A stretch of 63,845 nt of DNA, counting the filler, from Bigelowiella natans CCMP2755 (lineage: Eukaryota > Protista > Cercozoa), in NCBI GenBank assembly GCA_000320545.1. It is 5 parts of 5 records of this genome, joined end to end, with 100 filler letters (N's around TTAATTAATTAA, not from the genome) between each part and the next. Parts side by side here need not be neighbours in the genome. Positions count along the whole stretch, not along the records: positions 1 to 31,220 come from ADNK01001068.1; 4 more parts are not named here. One strand, given 5' to 3'. Below the pieces are notes generated by a model. That model saw only the letters and a list, made by a program, of their open reading frames with translations. It was not told the origin of the DNA and did no database searches. Positions 1 to 13,407 of the stretch are shown here, one piece after another. Every line of letters begins with the position of its first letter. The first letter of the stretch is position 1. The position numbers were made by a program, and so were the translations under genes.

Positions 1-32
<32 letters not shown>

Positions 33-61
33 AGTATGGTAGGCATGAGCATACGTAACGT

Positions 62-103
<42 letters not shown>

Positions 104-646
104 ACATCAAATCAATTTTTTCTGTCTTTAACATTTGGCGGGTAGCTTTAACACGTAGTCGTTATTCTGTGCGAATGTTCGGTGATGAAATAACATGATG
201 CTGCTGCTGGGAACAGGCTGCACTTTGTGTCGTAGTGGCTGTGATACGCGTCATGCTTTTCCGGGGCCATATGCAGGTCTCCCTATTAAGAAGAAAGAGG
301 AATAATTGAACAGTGAAAATAGGGAGAGAGAAAGATCGAGAGAGAGCGAGGAGGAAGAAGATGAGGATGATGATGAAGATGTGTAAGTGAAATAATGTCT
401 TGACGGCCGCAATACATATCGTTTAAAGAGATGCGCCTCCCATGGAATTCTATTCTGATCACGACATGTGTGCAATATCAGACGTATCTTCTCGGGGAGT
501 TAGGGGGGTTGCAGAAGGCACTGGGTACTTGCCTCTTCTCTCGCATCTTGGCATAGCATGAACGGATGATGATGATGCTGCAAAATACGGACAAAATTCA
601 GAAACAACACCACAACCTAATATGTCGAAGCTGATGCAGCTCACAT

Positions 647-686
<40 letters not shown>

Positions 687-713
687 ACACACACACACGC
701 ACATGTACATAAT

Positions 714-751
<38 letters not shown>

Positions 752-1746
752 AATGTTTATGGTTGTATATGTTGTGTAATTATGTTGTATAAACAATAAC
801 TAGCATAATTAACAATAATACTGATGTTGTGCGGTGCAAGCGTGCATGCAAAACGAGCTCTCCTTCCTCACCCCACCCTTTCTCCCCTTCTGTTTATCCT
901 TGCTTTTCTGCGTAGAATGTGCGCAATCATCGTCATCGAAGATGGGCGTTTCCATGATCTCAATAGCTCTCGAGCGCGTACGTTCCGTGAATAGGCATGA
1001 TTCTCCTCCTCCTCCTCCTCGCTTGTTCGTCTTTCTAGTCCTTCTACTTCTACCTTGGAATTATTTCTCCTCCGCCTCCCCTCTTCTTTCCCCCCAGTAC
1101 ACCAATGACACGTTTTCCAACATTGTCATCGTATAGGTCTCAGCTACGAATAAGGCCGTTTGTGCGGTAGCATTGCAGTTGCTCACGCCTTCTTGTAATG
1201 AATACATAGTAGCCAGAGCCCATAGTTGAAACTATTCACGCATCCACATCCATGCCTGAATTAGTGCATATATTATTACGGACACTACTGACCTTTGGCT
1301 CCTCCTCCTTCGAAGAAGAAGAAACTCAAAGCAGTTACAGCAGCAGCTGGAATGCTTGTTATATGCTGATGAGCGACGACACGTGGAAACATCATCTATC
1401 TCTCTTGACGTCTTCATTTTTAATTGTCTTTCGTTTTTGTCTTCTTTGAACATCATCATCATTATCATCATCATCATCATCGATCAATTTCATCAGTCTC
1501 TTCTTGCCCCTCCCCATTCCTTCACAGCTATCTTCCATTCTAAGTCGCCTTCTTTTCTTAGGTATTTCGCTCTTACTCGCTCTGTTACACTGTGCTACCT
1601 TTAAGGTTAATAGTCGTAGCACTTAACAAGCAGCAAAAGGAGATCGCAGCACTCGGATTTCTCGCTCGACATATGCATGCGATGCACAATTACTTCCATT
1701 CTATTGCGCGCACATACACAGATATGTACAAAGCATACTCACGAAC

Positions 1747-1777
<31 letters not shown>

Positions 1778-2914
1778 TAATTTCCATATACTATCCGTAT
1801 CAGCGCGGCGAGTCCGATATGCCTGAAGGTAAACAAAATCTATGAAAGACGACAAAAATGTGTGCTTGCTTGCTGTGTGCGGCTTGTTTACATCATCACC
1901 AAGATATCCATATATCGATATAACATGTGTGCATGAATAGCTTCTACTTCAACACACGGTAACTAGGATTCTTGCTGCTAAATGCAATGATATGGTATGA
2001 TCTGTGTTTGAATGCTGGAATTCTCTTCGTTGGCCAGATGCAACCGTATTCGATAGCAATTCTCTTGTATTCTCGGTAAGTGCGCAATTGCCTCTTTGAC
2101 TGTGTGTGTGGAGAGAGCGGGGGGGAGAAATTGGAATAATGCTCATGCACCAGATATTCACCCTTTTCAGATTTGAACGATTCACCTGACGGCTATACAC
2201 TGTCTCTGCTTTTCTTATTTACTTCTGTTCGTAGGCGTTGCAGCACGACTTCACAGGGCAAATAGTGTCTTTCTTTACTTGGTGAGAAAATAGAACGGGG
2301 CGAAGAGGAAGAGGCAAAAGAAGAAGGAAAAGGGCCGAGGGAGGAATGGGGCACAGTCGATTTAGATTTAGGCTCGTTCGTAATTGGTCTCTCTATCAAT
2401 CATTATTATCTTCTCACATATAGCGCCTGCATCATCGTTCAGGTGGGACCAGATTTCGTGGGCGCTGATGATTATTTTCGCGTTCCTGCTCACCCGCACC
2501 AACAATGTCAAGATATTTTAATATATTAACTTGCTATGCTTGCGCAGTCACGCCAACGCTAGCTAGCTAGCCTAGCAGCGCATGTACATAGCATGCATGC
2601 AAGCGCGCGCAGCGTGTCGCATGTAGCTACATGAAAAAAATTGATTTGTTCATTATCAAGCTCCATCTCATGTTGTTTGCATGCTCACGTACGCATATCT
2701 AGTCATGTGAGGGCCTAGTTAGTTAGCTATACGTACGATGCGATGCATGCTAGCATGATGAGCAATTTCTCTAGCTCTGCATGCTCATCACTAGCGAGAT
2801 CATATATATACGCATTGCTAGATTGCATGTATGTGTTCGTTACATGCTAGCATGTATAGCATCCATCTCACATACATATTTGTCGACGTAGTATCGTATC
2901 AAGGCATGCTATAT

Positions 2915-2968
2915 GACGGATGTAATGAATATAAATTATTTTTTTTCAATGGTCCTCCCAATGTAGTA
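2915..2968 (-). mobile_element. Short degraded 3'-end fragment of the LINE family
   Basis: gacggatgtaatgaa...ttttcaatggtcctcccaatgtag resembles 55789-55836. Confidence 0.6.
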
Positions 2969-3241
2969 TAGTAGCTATCATGCATTCTATGCACATGCAG
3001 CTGAGTAGCGCTACGTTAGCTATATCTAGTATGAATGTTAAATGTATGGGCACGATAAGACATTGATACCACATGCAATGTGCACATGCTAGCATGTAAA
3101 AGGATGTGAAGCGAGCGTATATCATGCATGATATTTATTATTTTTTGGCAAATAAATTATCCTTCTAGATATGAGATGTTCCACCGCTAGACCAGCATAG
3201 ATCTTATTATTCAGATTACTTGATTCTTATCATCATGCTTT

Positions 3242-4435
3242 CTAGTCAAGAAGCTTTCGCACAGTCCTCATCGCAGGAGCACCGAGGTCAAGTTCACCAG
3301 ATTTCACCATGGCATCGATCGCAGCCATGGAAGCCTTCTCATCCTTGTTGTTCATAGCGTTGAGCACGGACTCCAGTTCTTTCTTGAACTGCGCAACGAC
3401 GAAGTCCTCCCCTTGTGCACCCTTACCCTCAAGCATCGAGACTGCGTTCTTGAAGAAAGCGTCCTTCTCCTTGGCTGGAAGTGTCTCCTTGAGGTAAGTG
3501 TTGAGGGAAGTAGCTGCCTTCTTCAGAGCGAAATCCTTCTGGTACGACTTGATGAAACCCTCGCATTCGTAAAGATCCTGGAGCTCAGCTTCGATGTCAT
3601 CGATCACAGCCTATACACAATAAATCTCTCACGTCAGAAATGACGAAAATATCTGAACATTCAACCAAAGGTGCTAAACTAAGTATGTGAGTGTCATATA
3701 GTAGGGTTCACCTGCTCAGAGGTCTTGTTCACAGCATCACAGTACTGAATGTGAGTCTTCTCGAGAGTCTCATACATGTTCTTGATCTCTTCAGACACTT
3801 GAGTGTACTTCTTGTGTTGATCAGCGAGACCGGTGAGGGTTGCAATGGCGTTATCACGAGCTTGGATTTGCTCCCTGTATAATTTTCGAAATAATCATCA
3901 GGAGTGGAGTTGAGATTACCAAAATCGCGTCTACATTAAATGTTTCACCCAAAACTATATGACTTCTCAGCAACCTGCATTTCAGGTTCATATATTCTCG
4001 TTCATTTAATGTTTGAGAAAATCTGGTTTGGGCTGACAAAAACTGCCATCTCTCCCCTGTTGCGTAGTTTGCAATACCCCCATTACCCAGCAGTTTGTAT
4101 TTTTTTATTATTTAAATAAATTTAACTTACGCTCTGACGCTTGCTTTGTACTCCTCAGCAGACTCGGAGATGGAGTCATATAGGGTAACGTATCCATAGA
4201 AAAGAACCCCAGAGAAGATGCCAAGTACTAGGACCTCCTCGTTCACCATGAAAAGCTCCTTGGAAACAAGAATCGCAGATCCCAATCCGACAGTCGTCAT
4301 CACACCATATTCCTTGACAATGTCCATCATTGACTCCTCCTTCTTGGTAGTGGCGAAAGTGCGGCACAGGGAGGGGGCGACGAGGCGCTTGTGGGGGAAG
4401 GCCCTAAGGCCGTGCAAGAGCCTCCTAGACATCAT
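3242..4435 (-). CDS. ATP4: Mitochondrial F1Fo ATP synthase subunit b (ATP4/ATP5PB family), 3 exons: 4435-4131, 3874-3712, 3610-3242; 278 aa
   Basis: Arg-rich presequence (MMSRRLLHGLRAF...), motif GLGSAILVSKELFMVNEEVLV resembling eukaryotic subunit b, then a long helical stalk. The GT-AG joins keep frame (837 nt). Confidence 0.8.
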
Positions 4436-5624
4436 CTTACAGACTTTTTCAGAACTGTTATAGAGACTTTGCCCTTTTGGTAAACAAGAATCGCGGCAAA
4501 TTTTCTTGAATTATGATATTTATAGCAATATTCCTCCTGAAAGGAATCAATTTCAAGCTTACTGAGTGATTTCAACCACTCTTACTATTCTGGAAATCTC
4601 ACCCCGCTCGTGGTCCCTACCAGTCAATATCCAAAACCCAATCAAAACATTTTTAACGACATCAAAAAAATAAGTAATTTTTCTATCAATGCACGGCATA
4701 CATGGAGTTGTTGGGGAAAAATTTTATAACTCAGCAAAGAATCCAATGCTTTTTTCTCAAGAATCTACATATAAGCGCTATTCTCCAACAAAAATATCCT
4801 GTAATTTGAACAAAAAGGCAAAAGATCCGCTGCAGATAAATTTCACCGAACATATATAAACACAATGTATTTTTTATCTACGTCTAATGGGATTCATCAG
4901 TCGCTTATTTTGAACAAAATCAAAAAATCTCATCAAAAACCGAATTATTATTTTACTTATTTGTGTTCAAATACCGAGAAGAAAAACGTCTTTTGAAAAC
5001 GCCTGAAATGATATATCTTCCTTTGATATTTTATATACGTCAACAAAATAAAATTATTTGGCAATAAACGTACGTAGTACGCATTCGGCACCGGTCGCAT
5101 CTGGGTCCAATTTTGTATGGTAGATCTTTCTCGGCTCGGCAGTGCCGAAGGCAAACTCTTCTGATAAGCCCGGGATATTTTGAGATAAAACTAAATTACA
5201 GGATGTTTTACATATTTAGATGCCGTATTACCCCCTAATATCAACTTAATGCCATTGATATTGATATTCGGGATGAAATATTTATATCTTATAAATTACT
5301 TTTTAGTGGCTGCCGTCTGGTCGGTTTGATGTAGCGGGGCGATGGGCGATGGGGGGCGTGGGGGTTCTTTACATTCATTGTTTCTCACACACCATACCGT
5401 GCTTTTCGGAATATCACATTCGACCGAAGGCCCCGAGAGTCCCTTCCCGATATTGACGACGAGGCATACCTTAGCAAGTGTCAAATCTGCTGAGATGCTG
5501 AGATGTTTAAGGACGTCCATTCACTTCACATATTTCGAGCCTTTTCTTTGAATTTTTCTTAGGGGAACTGACTTACAGGTGTTTTTATCAGAGGGAAGGA
5601 TTTGAGAGGGCGCTATTCGAAAGA

Positions 5625-6052
5625 ATGCCCAAGTTTTTCTTCGGCCATGTGATAAAGAAGAGCTCCACGAAGACAATAAAGGTCCTCGTGCATCAGTACG
5701 TTTTCAATGCGAGAGCACAGAGAAGGCTCAAGGTCAAGACGAAATTGCTCACCCACGATCCAGGTTCTTAACAAAATAGAAACTCTTAGCATGATGGCAT
5801 CTCAGCACGGCGCGATTTGTGATGTACAGTCTTTACAATGGCTGAACACTTGCAGTGTTTTGTCTCCAGCACCCGACTCATTTTGTTTCATTTATTTTGT
5901 GTATGTGTGCAAATTTAAATGATAACACAATACAATGAGTACGTTTGTATGGTTGTAAATTAAAACACGCAAGTACAAACATATGATACATGATATAGTA
6001 TTTATTTTAATGCACACACCCCCATCCCACCCATATATGCGCGCGCGCGTGC

Positions 6053-6090
<38 letters not shown>

Positions 6091-6284
6091 GTGGTTTGCA
6101 ATTTTCATTTCCTATTTTGCACTGACGTATTTCTAATCTGTGTTGAAATGGCTGATGTCAACATCCACACACAGAGGAGAGATGCAACATTGGTGACTTT
6201 GTGAAAGTTCGCCACACCGGGGAAAACGTCAGCAAGCGAAAAGCACACATTGTGGATAGGATCATAAGAGCTCAAGAGCAGTAA
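5625..6284 (+). CDS. rps17: Bacterial-type (mitochondrial) ribosomal protein uS17, 2 exons: 5625-5763, 6175-6284; 82 aa
   Basis: Manual translation MPKFFFGHVIKKSSTKTIKVLV...KTKLLTHDP/EERCNIGDFVKVRHTGENVSKRKAHIVDRII matches the S17 pattern (G.V......KT..V...HD....C..GD.V.......SK.K). Not present in the ORF track. Confidence 0.88.
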
Positions 6285-6956
6285 GATGACTTGTGGCGGA
6301 TGCAGTTCACTGTTAATGCCGAGCAGTAGTGTCAGGCAAACGTTTGAGAATGGGAGATCGATTATCATCTGAAGCGGTGTTGCTCCCCACTCTTTGAAAC
6401 GTGTCAACGAATGCACATCTGGGCAATGCAATGCATGCCAATATTTATCCATGTGCCAACAATGTAGTCAAATTAGTAGTAGTCAGGCAACGCTTCGTCG
6501 TTGTCACAATGAATTTTTCCATCGTATTTCCAACGCATCTATGACCAATCGTCGGTGCTGAAACAATTACATATTCACATGTGCGCTAGCTAGTGTAAAC
6601 AACTATCATATTGTATGGCGTCCTATAATCAATTACACACGTCACTTGCAGTCTCGCACAATGCCTTATTGGTGTGTAAGTTCGTGGATTTACACCGAAT
6701 AAAATGCGATATACATTGCCATCGGTATGTCAGCTCGAGCCCTTCGCTATGACTATGACGATATACATGGCGCGGCTTTGTACATAGATGAAAACATTTC
6801 ATTTGCTATGTGTAAGCAAGACAGCTAGCGCTGACCATGTGTGTAAGTCTCAAGCGAAATGCCGCATGCTCTTGCTCACAAGTTTTGGGGTTTGGACTAC
6901 ATGTGCTTGATAGTGATGGCTAAGATCACTGACGACTTATAGACTACCGTCGTCAA

Positions 6957-6988
<32 letters not shown>

Positions 6989-7206
6989 TCGTAGGCGCAT
7001 GAATGCAGGGCCTAAACGGGTGGCTGAGCAATATGAGGTTACCAGCGTCGTCGTTATTGTCGATACGCACGCACCGCTCTATCGATCGCCGTACTTAAAA
7101 CCATCAATCCACATCAAGACCACCGCCAGCTGAACCTGAAACGGGCCTGCTACTAAACTTTGCAAGCGAAAAATCAGCAAACGCTCCTCGCCGCCGTCTC
7201 CTCCTG

Positions 7207-8118
7207 TTAAGGTTTTCCAAAGTCAACGTATATTGCAGATTGGAGAGGTGTAAAACGAGCATCTTCACGAAAATAAGGGAAAAGTGGAAATGGGTCAGTT
7301 GCGGTGAGTTGTCTTCTGCAGTAGTACCTTGATTCGGCCTCTTCTCTAATGCTTCGCTTGTCAACTTTAAAGACGTCCCTAAAGTTATCAAACTCGGCGT
7401 CTAGCCACTGCAGATCTTCCTCCTCTTTCTCTGCAAAGGGGTGATGATTGGGCAGAAGATAACATGTGTGAGTTGTGCAAGGAAGATGGGGGCAAGTAGA
7501 TGATAGAAAGACAAAGACAAGCAGACCTCTCTCCTGTTTCCTGAGCCGTTTGTAGTACTTGCTCTTTGCAATGATCTGCAACATATACATCGGTATTTGA
7601 AATAAAATGATTCATGGAAGAGAAAGAGAGGGGGGGGGGGGGGGGGGGGGGCGAGGGGGTAGGCTATACGGGCAAAATCACTATAGTTGCATATGGTTGT
7701 CCTCCTCCGCCGAGTAGAGAACGAGTGATAGCATATGACCTCGGCGTATATATCCTTCACTGGGCGCTGAGGTTTTCCTTTGGCGCTGTTGCTGTTATAG
7801 TCGTAACTGTGTGTCAAATGTCGGTCTTTGCATCATTCAAAAGATGTGTTCGTGTAAAGCCCCTTTTCGGTCCCAGTAGTATGTAAATGCCAATATCTTA
7901 TAATATCAGTGTATATGGTATTTCGGCCAACAAGTACATTGACAACTCTACATACCTATCGTCGCCACTCTTTCCTTCGTCTTCTTCCTTTTCCATCATC
8001 ATTTTCCCAACACGACGCAAATCCCCTTCATTTCCGTCGGAGGGCGCTCCCGGACAATCCCCAGAGAAGGTCTCGTCTTCACCGTCACATCCGAGATACT
8101 GATGACGTACGATATATC

Positions 8119-8194
<76 letters not shown>

Positions 8195-8448
8195 GAATCA
8201 TGACATAAATTATAAATATAGTTTGATATTTGTTGGGTGATTGATGATTTTTTTTGGGCGCTACTTCATCGTCCGGATGGCCTGCCTTAGCGTCGAGCTG
8301 ATTCAAGTCTATGTTTTCACCGATGTCGTCTGTACAGGAATATATGATAAAGAAGAAGAAGAAGAAGGAAAAGAAGACAAGAGATGAGATGTGGACAGGA
8401 TGAAGTGTGCTGGCGCATGTTTAAGTCTCATGCAGATAAGCTAGCAAT

Positions 8449-8486
<38 letters not shown>

Positions 8487-9601
8487 CAAACCTGTAGAAT
8501 CAGCCTTAAGATTCTTCATCCTCTTTCCTTTCCACATGTCACCAAGCGAGGAGGCTGTGATCGAATAAAATAATAACAATATTGCACACATTACTCTAAG
8601 GCCGATGAAGAACTATGACTGCACACAGATAGCAATCGATTGAATATGGTCGTGCGGCGAGTCTCCCTGTTTCGCATATAGTGAGGGGTAAGGGGGGGGG
8701 GGCGGGGGGGTTGTAGAAGATAGGTTGGAAAGGGAAAAAACGAATGTTTCTTCACCAAAATCGCCTCCTGCACTGTGCTGCATTTTGGACAGAAGATCGT
8801 TGTCGCGCCTTCGCTGTCTTCTCGACTTTCTAGGAGGAGGAGAGACCCTGCTGTGGTCACCACCATGGCGCTTGCCTCGTGCTTTTGCTGCTGTATCACC
8901 ATCTGATTCTCCACATTCTGAGGACGAAAACAAGCCGCCGCTCGTTACGCGATGATGGCCCTTCATTCCATCCTTATCCTCATCATCCTTGTTGGCCTGC
9001 TTCTTTGGCTGAAGATCATCTCTGTTCTTGCCGTTGCTGTGAGAAAATCGGAGAAAGAAGAATGGGGGAGGAGTAGATGAGCAAAATTACCTTTGGAAAA
9101 CGCGGTAACAAACACAGCCAAATAGAGGGCGGGTTCTACTCAATCAGTTGGAGAATCATGATGATCGTGATACGATAGTTACCGATCGGCGCCCTGATCT
9201 CTCGCCACCTCCTCCGCCCCTTCACTGGATGTTTTCCCATTCAACTCATCCATGAACATAATTTTGCTTCCCCCCCCCGTTTTCCTCTTTTCGAGGATTG
9301 ATTTGAGTTCGGGGATGGGCTCTGGGGAAGGCTCGTAGGATGTGGGCGGCGATTCGATCATTTTTGAGTGCTTTTTCCACATCTTCCACTGCTTCACAAG
9401 TTTCTTCGGCTTCTCTCTGTGCTTGGAAAAGGGCACGTAGTTGTAGATCTTTGAGCTGTGTTTACCGGTTTGCAGCATCATCTGTGGCGTGAATAGGGAG
9501 ACAAGTGAAGGGTCAGCGGGAGGGTAACAGGAGAGCTGCGGTGCCTTTTTTGGTTACTTTACTATTGATGACATGTGTATGCATAGTATATTATATATAT
9601 C

Positions 9602-9637
<36 letters not shown>

Positions 9638-9641
9638 GTTC

Positions 9642-9679
<38 letters not shown>

Positions 9680-10106
9680 CTTGCGTGGGATCATCATCTA
9701 CTTGCTACCCGCTTGTCGCCGCGCGTAAAAGGTCCGATCTGAGATGGATCGATGTGGAAGAAGAAGAAAATGTATAAGGGGAGGAGAGAATCAGTGATGA
9801 TGGCATGTTTTAGTGACATGTTACAAAGAGCAAGAGAAGAAAAACAAGAGATTCTCACGAAATACGGTGTGTACAATACTCTGTCGAACGATGCTCCTTA
9901 TCATTATCATCATTGTCATCATCACTATCGGCATCCTCATCGTCGTCGTCATCACCATCATCACCATCATCATCATCATCATCATCATCATCATATTCAT
10001 CATATTCATCAACAGCTGCGACCTTCATCATCTCCTCCTGAGACCTCCCAAGGCCAGTGAGATCATCAGGGATGGCCACATCGTCATCTGCACGAAAAAG
10101 AAGAAG

Positions 10107-10137
<31 letters not shown>

Positions 10138-10484
10138 TGAATCACAACACTGCACATGCCCCATTATTTGTCAGAGAGGGATGACAGCGAGCAAACCTGA
10201 TCGAAATCCTCCATACCTACGCAACCTCCGTCTCTTAGCCTAAAAAAGGCACAACTCCATCATTTGTGTACTTGTGATGAGTCTTGCGAAAAATGTAGAT
10301 GTTGTTGGATGTGAATGGCACACGTTGCAGGCGAAGTAGCACTAATATCTTCTTCGCGCTGCAGATGCGACGTTGTTGACGATGATGTACCCTCGCATCA
10401 GCTTCGAAAATCTTTTCTTTCTCCGCCTGAGCCAGTCGGATACTCGCACCTCTCAACCCCCTGCCAGCGCCTGGGTAGAAAAAT

Positions 10485-10519
<35 letters not shown>

Positions 10520-10846
10520 TAGAGAGAGGAAAGGGGGGGGGACGGTAGCCACAAACACGGTAGAATCAATGGATGCTATGTTGCTTCGGGATACATGTAG
10601 TTGTTGTGGGGACGCAAAGCAATATTTAGTATCTAGAACATACGTCACAGAGATAGAACGTTCCGGCACATGCACTAGATCGAGACGATGGCAACTTACC
10701 TAGATCTGCAGGAGTTGGAGGAGGATATCCAGAGTGCTGATTCATAATAATTAATTAATAATTTGGTGATGATTTATGGACACTGCTCTGCATGGACGAC
10801 ACGCTTTCCACAGCACACACACAAATCGACAAGCACAGACAGAGAG

Positions 10847-10889
<43 letters not shown>

Positions 10890-11278
10890 CTATAGTGTTT
10901 GAAAAACAATGTTCAAATGACGATGCCCGAAAATACTCTTGCCTCGTCTCATATTTGCGCTTCCTCGCCTCTAATTTCTAGTAAGTACTTCCGATTCTCA
11001 TCATCATCTTCTTCATCATCATCTGTTGTGTTAGCATTCTTGTTACCATTGCCCTCAGCAGCGACAAGCAGACGATCATCAAATAAACCACATCCCTCCT
11101 CCATGCCTGTCTGTAGACAGCAATCCCTCCCATCAGGCCTGCGCTCGCCTCCTCCCACCCATAGAGAGCTCAGCACCCGTAGAGACGTGTTGGTCGGTCT
11201 CTGCCTGGGTGCGTGTTTGGCTTGCTGCGACACGGGTTTGGACGGATTTTTTAGGTTGTCGCACCGATAAAATGCCAT
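7207..11278 (-). CDS. Multi-exon hypothetical protein; exon structure approximate
   Basis: Coding-like segments bounded by AG/GT between microsatellite-rich introns, e.g. 9179-9481 (MMLQTGKHSSKIYNYVPF...) and terminal exon ...EEEDLQWLDAEFDNFRDVFKVDKR...DFGKP*. No family recognised. Confidence 0.45.
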
Positions 11279-11502
11279 GTAAATGCGACAAATTTCCCAG
11301 CAAAGACAGAGTGTGTCTTTCTCGGATCCGACCGACCGAGCCGAGGGAGATTCTCCATGGCCTGTGTCTGCCATCGATTTCTTTCACATCGCTACCAACC
11401 AAACACCATTTTGAGGAGCACAAGCAAAACGGGTCGCAAAAAGGGTCGCAAAAAGGGTCGCACGAAGTGTTGCATTAATAGCATACACGGCACACACAAA
11501 TG

Positions 11503-11537
<35 letters not shown>

Positions 11538-12667
11538 TATATGGAAAGAGAGAGAGAGAGAGAGAGATGAGCGCATATAATCATGATTAATTGTCCAATT
11601 CCCAAATTCCGTTCCCCATCAAGAGGAATCAATGTCTGCCGAGATCTCCGACTCGAAAGAAAAAGAAAAAATACCTTTTTATGGAGCCAATACGCCGTTG
11701 TGTACTTCCGTGTGATAGATTGATAAGTTTAGCAATGCTTCTACCCCATTGTAAACACGTTGCTAACATCTGTCACATTGGATTGTAGTTTCACCCATGA
11801 CAATCAGAAGAAATAGGAGGTACTTCGAAATCTTGGCAATGCAATGGTGAGAAACAGGGAGGATGAGGAGAGAAGGGTAGAAGGTTCTGATGAAGTCAGC
11901 ATTTCGTCAGAATCATATGGTCATGGTTACAGTTGGGGTTCGGGGATCTGAAGAGAGGATGTATGGTTGGGTTGACGAATAAGAAATGTGAGGTTTTGTT
12001 AGGGTTAGGGCAAGCAGTGGTGAGAGTTTTAGGGGTGGGTCGTGAAAGTGCCCGTGACTCACGTCTCGTTTGGACAGCAATTTCCTGCTGATAAGACGAA
12101 AAAGACAAAGCGCAATGGAGTCGACGTTGTTTTGAAAGAAGGCGTTGTCAAGGAGACTTATTACTCTAAACATGATAGGAAGGCGAAGTCAACAATTCAG
12201 TTGCGTGGTTGGCTGTCAGGAACGCGTAAGACTTGCAAAAATGCCAGAACTTGTTTTTCGTCGATCATCACTTCTCCTCTTCCTTTTCTCTGCGGTATCG
12301 CTGACTTACAAATGTTTCAAATGAACTTTAAATTTGGGATTAGGAAAGCACCATTGGTGTGATTTTATGTTCGATCATTTACCTTAGCACATGTAGTCAA
12401 TTCGTGATGATTGGATGTGGTGGCGGTAAAAAAAATAAATCCATTTTTTTTTACCACCATGTGTGTGATGATGAAGCATCATCAAATGTGTGCGTTTGGT
12501 TTTCTGACAGTCCTCAATGTGGTTCTCAGAATCAGAAAGTAAAAAAAAAAGACAAGCCAATCAACTTAGGCTCGCAGCTGGTCGGACCAGCATGTGAGCG
12601 TCATTTCAAAATCAATCAATGAAAACGACACACACGGTGCATAGACGAATGCAATGAAAAGATCTCA

Positions 12668-12770
12668 TTTCTTCAATGGTCATCCTGATGTAGCTGTGCA
12701 ATGCGGTGGTTACAGCGTTGAGATTTTCTTTGTTGTTCGATTCTGCGATTGCATGTTTCATGCAGAATCA
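12668..12770 (-). mobile_element. 3'-end fragment of the LINE family
   Basis: ttcaatggtcatcctgatgtagctgtgcaatgc is identical to 55816-55848. Confidence 0.75.
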
Positions 12771-13407
12771 TTGTTGCGCCGCCGATGTGCTGCGCGCGAG
12801 ATCGAGTCTGTAGGAGTGAGCGCGCGTGTTTCTAGTTATTTCTTAATCAATTTCTTGGTGTTATCGTTTCTGTCAAGGCTTGCATGTGAGTTGCTTGGCC
12901 AGCATCTTGTCTACCGATGTGTACGGTGTGCGCAACAAATGGATTGCATGACAACGCAAAAGATGATCCATGCCTTTGTGTAGGCGAGCTACAATGCACA
13001 GGCACCACAATGCAGCTGCCCACTGGACCACATATATACAAGCCGCACCCAACTCAAAGCAGTACGCATATAGGTGCACACCTTGAACATCATGTTGCTC
13101 TCGAAAAGAATAACGAGGCACGACTTCTGAGGAGGACGTGCACCTAGATCAAAAGTTCATTGTGGGATATCCGTAACATGTGTACGTGTGTTTGTCCCAT
13201 GGCGAATATACACACATACATCACCGCGTACGCACGACATGTGCTTCAGTACACTGGATGATAAAGGCTGTACGACTTTGACATGCACATGCTAGACATT
13301 GTATGGCATGGCTCACACAATGTAAACATGAACTAAATCACAATGACATGTGTCAGCAACATGCACAACAACGCATGCACGCAGAATTATCTAAAAAAAA
13401 AATTGCA

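Noticed and set aside
130-2400. Possible minus-strand multi-exon gene at the window start
   Set aside because: Some exon-like segments exist, but I could not establish a consistent frame or family.
9752-10184. Poly-His, poly-Ile, poly-Lys and VCVC or YIYI ORFs across the window
   Set aside because: Translations of intronic microsatellites.
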